The notes below the pieces were generated by a model, which worked only from the letters and a program-made list of their open reading frames with translations, was not told the DNA's origin and did not search any database. The translations under genes and the position numbers were made by a program. DNA of 64,000 nucleotides from the human T2T-CHM13v2.0 reference genome, Homo sapiens, in NCBI RefSeq assembly GCF_009914755.1, contig NC_060936.1. One strand, given 5' to 3'. Below are positions 57,781-64,000 of this stretch, in pieces; the stretch's first letter is position 1, and each line of letters starts with the position of its first letter.

Positions 57781-57879
57781 CTGGGTGTGGTGACACAGTT
57801 CAAACTTGTGTTATTCAAGAGTCAACTATACATAAAACATGCATTTCTATAAAGCAGTCATCAGAAGCACTGGTTCTAC

Positions 57880-58660
<781 letters not shown>

Positions 58661-59516
58661 TAAGTTATTCATCAAGAAGTAATCTGAGGTTCAACTTCTC
58701 AATGATATGGACATAAATCACCTACACAACTGACTTCCCCAACACCTCTACAGCAGCTTCCCCTCCTCCATGTTTTCAAGGTTGGGGGTCCCCTTTGCTT
58801 CGAATGTCCTTTCCAAGTCTTGTGGTCTTCAGGTGCTGAAACTTGGCTCAAGGGCAAACTCAGGCATTCATCTGCCCCACAAAACTTACTCCAGTCCTTG
58901 CAATGAAAATCTGTTCATCCTTCCACTACCCATGGCAAGTCTGTGCCCCTGCAATAGCCCCTTGCACACTTGGCCATGTGTGTAGCTCACAGATTCCACC
59001 ACACTAGAAATCTCTCAAGGGAAGAAACTGTATTTTAGTCACCTTTATGTTTTACCCAGCGCTTTATAAACAATGCTTACTAAATAAAATGAATGAGAAA
59101 AATAGTCTGAAGTATTTAAATGACTCTACAAACCAGCTGGGGTATATCCAATACCAAACCAAAATTACAGCTGGTGCTTGCTACAGATGACACAAAACTA
59201 TATGACAGACATCTAAGCCCAAAGAATTTATAAAGGGCCGGGTGCGGTGGCTCACGCCTGTAATCCCAGCACTTTGGGAGGCCAAAGCCGGCGGATCACT
59301 TGAGGTTAGGTGTTCGAGACCAACCTGGCCAACATGGCGAAACCCCGTCTCTACTAAACATACAAAAATTAGCCGGGCGTGGTGGTGCATGCCTGTAGGC
59401 CCAGCTACTTAGGAGGCTGAGGCATGAGAATTGCTTAAACCCAGAAGGCAGAGGTTGCAGTGAGTCGAGATCGCACCACTGCATTCCAGCCAGGACAGCA
59501 GAATGAGATCCTGTCT

Positions 59517-59554
<38 letters not shown>

Positions 59555-59576
59555 ATTTATAATGTAGTTGGGGAGA

Positions 59577-59939
59577 GATACAGTTTGGATATCTGTCTTC
59601 TGCTAAATCTCATGTTGAACTGTCAACACCAGTGCTGGAGGGGGGGCCCGGTGGGAGGTGTTTGGGTCATGGGGGCGGATCCCTCATGGCTAGGTGCTGT
59701 CTTTTTGACAGTGAGTTCTTGCAGGGTGGGTCATTTAAAAGTGTGTGGCACTTCCTCTCCCTCATTCTCTTTCTCGCTTCTGGAACAGGTGCCATGTGAC
59801 GCGCCTGTTCCCCCTTTGCCTTCCACCATGATTAGAAGCTTCCTGAGGCCTCCCCAGAAACAGATGCTGCTATGCTTCCTCTCCAGGCTGCACAACTGTG
59901 AGCCAATTCAATCTCTTTTCTAATAAATTACACAGTCTC

Positions 59940-59944
<5 letters not shown>
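59577..59944 (+). mobile_element. MST-type MaLR solo LTR (MSTA/MSTB-like)
   Basis: gatacagtttggatat...aaatctcatgttgaa...gggaggtgtttgggtcatgggggcggatccctcatg...aactgtgagccaatt...ataaattac. Confidence 0.85.
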
Positions 59945-59994
<50 letters not shown>

Positions 59995-60097
59995 TATACA
60001 CACATATATACACACACATATATATACACATATATACACACACATATATATATACATACATATATATATATATATATATATGTATGTATATATATAT
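59942..60097. repeat. Compound (TA)n/(TACA)n/(CA)n microsatellite
   Basis: Directly visible; lies between an MST LTR and the tail of a minus-strand Alu. Confidence 0.95.
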
Positions 60098-60111
60098 TAT
60101 TTTTTTTTTAA

Positions 60112-60297
<186 letters not shown>

Positions 60298-61065
60298 TAG
60301 TCTGGTCTGGAACTCCTGGCCTCAAGTGATCCGCCCACCTCGGCCTCCCAAAGTGTTGGGATTACAGGTGTGAGCCACTGCACCTGGCATCATTTGCTTT
60401 TAAAAGTCATGTAATCTTGCTTTCCAAACTATAATGTGACAAAATATACCTACACATTAACCCCTAGAATCCACTGTTGAAACCATTGACTGACACCACG
60501 GCTAGACCATTTTTTTTCAAGTCAAGAACCATTTGTATAATGTTTATCTCTCTTCTGCCAGATGAGGTATGAAAAAAAAAAAAGAATAAAATGTTTATCT
60601 CTAGAACTTAAGTCACTTCCAAAGAGTCAAAAACAGCTACTGCTTTGCTTGTACTCCCTCGAATATGAGAAGCAGGGAGATCTACTTCAAAGCCCCAACT
60701 ACGCACCAGGGAGTAGGGCTCCATGAACAGATTGCTCAGCCATACAATCACTTCTCTTCCTGCTCATAAAAGGTTTACACTTCCGGCTCGGTGTGGTGGC
60801 TCACACTTGTAATCCCAACACTTGGGAGGCCGGGACGGGCAGATCACTTGAGGTTGGCAGTTTGAGACCAGCCTGGCCAACATAGCGAAACCCCGTCTCT
60901 ACTAAAAATACAAAAATTAGCCAGATGTGGTGGCGGGCACCTGTAATCCCAGCTACTTAGGAGGCTGAGGCAGGAGGAATGCTTGAATCCAGGAGGCAGG
61001 ATCTGCAGTGAGCTAAGACCATGTCACTGCACTCCAGCCCGGGTGACAAAGCAAGACTCCGTCTA

Positions 61066-61405
<340 letters not shown>

Positions 61406-62532
61406 TCAGCTTTAGGACATGAAAAATAAATGACATTTGGGATGTCAAATTTAGTATTCCTGAAAGTAGGACTATTCTTCCTCCCAACAACACAAAAATG
61501 TGTTCTACCCTTCATAAAGTCAAGATTTAGTATTTAGCGCGTTAGATACTGTCATAGCCTCAATGCCTGGAAAACACCAGCACCTGGGGGATGTTTCAAA
61601 TAGTTGGAACACCATTTGAATGCACCACCACCAGTCCATACAAGAATCACAAATGTTAGTTGTATCACTAATTCTAAGAATCCAAGCTCCTCATTTTCCT
61701 CTCAGATATCACTTCTTATCACTACACATTATTTGAACAGTAAATTACATAAAAATCTGTCTTCCAAGCCAGGCACAGTGGTTCACACCTGTAATCCTAG
61801 CACGTTAGGGGGCTGAGGTGAGAGGATTGCTTAAGTCCAGGAGTTTGAGACCAGCCTGGGCAACACAGTGAGACCCCCATCTCTACAAAAAAATACAAAT
61901 TAACTGTGTGTGGTGGATCACGCCTATAGAGCGAGCTACTCAGGAGGCCGAGGCAGGAGAACGGCTTGAGCCCATGAGGCCAAGACTGCAGTGACCTATG
62001 ATTACACGACTGCACTCCAGCCTGGGCAATAGAACGAGCCCCATCTCTAAAAACAAAACAAAAGAAAGAAGGAAATCTGAGGTTGGGTATACATACAGTT
62101 CAAGACCATAGCCTTCTCAAAACATAAAAATATGCTTTCTGTATTTATTCCTTTTAATAAGCAATCCCCTATAACCTGCCTCATTAAGGTAAGAATATTC
62201 AAAATATCCACATAAGGAAAAAATTGACTTGTGGTAGAAGAGAGTGAGTGAGTTACCAGGATCTTGAATGAAAACAAAACAGGGCCCCAGCAATGAATCC
62301 CAAAGTTTGGTGGTGAAGTTAGTGCTGTACAACACTTCACGCAAAGCACAGAGGGCAGTCACTGTTCCAGGAGCCCCAGAAAACCACCATGGCAAGCCGG
62401 CTCGAGAATCACTCCCACTCTAATGCCCGCTACCACTCAGACACATCTCAGTAACTACCCTTCCGTGAAAGAGATCTTGCAAGGTGAATGTGAATTCAAA
62501 GGTTAAAGATTCACTTCTATTCTCCCTAATAA

Positions 62533-62959
<427 letters not shown>

Positions 62960-62986
62960 TAGATGGAGTCTCACTCTGTCACCTAG

Positions 62987-63118
<132 letters not shown>

Positions 63119-63690
63119 TAGTAGAGACGAGGTTTCACCATATTGGCCAGGAGGGTCTCGATTTCCTGACCTCAAGTGATCTGCCCGCCTCGGCCTCCCA
63201 GAGTGCTGGGATTACAGGCATGTGCCACCATGCCCAGCCAGACTGGCAATTTCAAGTTCTTACAACTTATGTGTACAGGATGGCTCATTTCTACAAAGCT
63301 ATCTTAAAGACATCCCAGTTAAAGAGAGACATTTGAAAGGGCATACACCTAGTGGACCCATAAAGGGCTCTTAGTCTCTAAGAAAGTGTTTTAAGAGTCT
63401 AGATCTTGGCTGGGCACGGTGGCTCCCACCTGTAATCCCAGCACTTTGGGAAGCTGAGGCAGACAGATCACCTGAGGTCAGTAGTTCGAGACCAGCCTGG
63501 ACAACAAGGTGAAACCCCCATCTCTACTAAACTACAAAAATTAGCCGGGTGTGGTGGTGCGCACCAGTAGTCCCAGCTATTCAGCAGGCTAAGCCAGGAG
63601 AATCACTTGAACCTGGGAGGCAGAAGTTGTGGTTAGCTGAGATCAGACCACTGCACTCCAGCCTGGGTGACAGAGTGAGATTCTGTCTCC

Positions 63691-63721
<31 letters not shown>

Positions 63722-64000
63722 TTCTAGGTTTTATGTATTTAAGAAAATAGGGACATGTGACTGTTTCGGAGGGGGAAAAACAGAGAACACACAGGGCAAT
63801 GCTTTTAAAAGCACAGTCTACTTCAAAAAACAGGATGTGATGTCTCTCTGACACTGACATGCTTTATGGGTGCAAAGCAATAAGAAAATTATTATTTGGG
63901 AGGTGGTGCATCATCTCTCCACTTAAACTCACAGTCAAACTTAGAAAAAAGTTCCATTGTTTACGTACTGCATTACTTAAATAAAAGATGAAAAGGGGCC

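Overview
Human (primate) genomic DNA from inside the CLIP1 gene (CLIP-170/restin), which is transcribed on the minus strand. The window holds 14 coding exons, from the ATG exon (50151-50235) down to 2785-2941. Together they give 2867 nt of continuous frame (codons 1 to ~956): both CAP-Gly domains, the Ser-rich region and the first part of the coiled coil, including the 33-nt and 105-nt alternative cassettes. The promoter/first exon and the 3' exons lie outside the window. The introns are extremely Alu-dense. They also carry a full-length SVA, an RPL21 processed pseudogene split by a 5'-truncated L1PA, a CCA-tailed tRNA-Asp retrocopy, and MIR, L2, MaLR and DNA-transposon relics. Nearly all short ORFs in the supplied track are repeat artefacts. 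I see no evidence for a wholly new multi-gene system. The most interesting observations are: (1) the SVA carries a ~277-bp 3' transduction (a foreign MIR that supplied the poly(A) signal) and inserted at the same endonuclease site as an older Alu; (2) a candidate 84-nt frame-length cryptic exon with one in-frame TAG; (3) an in-frame RPL21-L1 ORF2 chimeric ORF; (4) a dense NOVA/RBFOX/QKI motif layout around the two cassette exons; (5) a four-left-arm Alu multimer inside a single TSD pair. Exon numbers assume one upstream non-coding exon. Repeat boundaries are approximate and subfamily names come from memory of consensus sequences.
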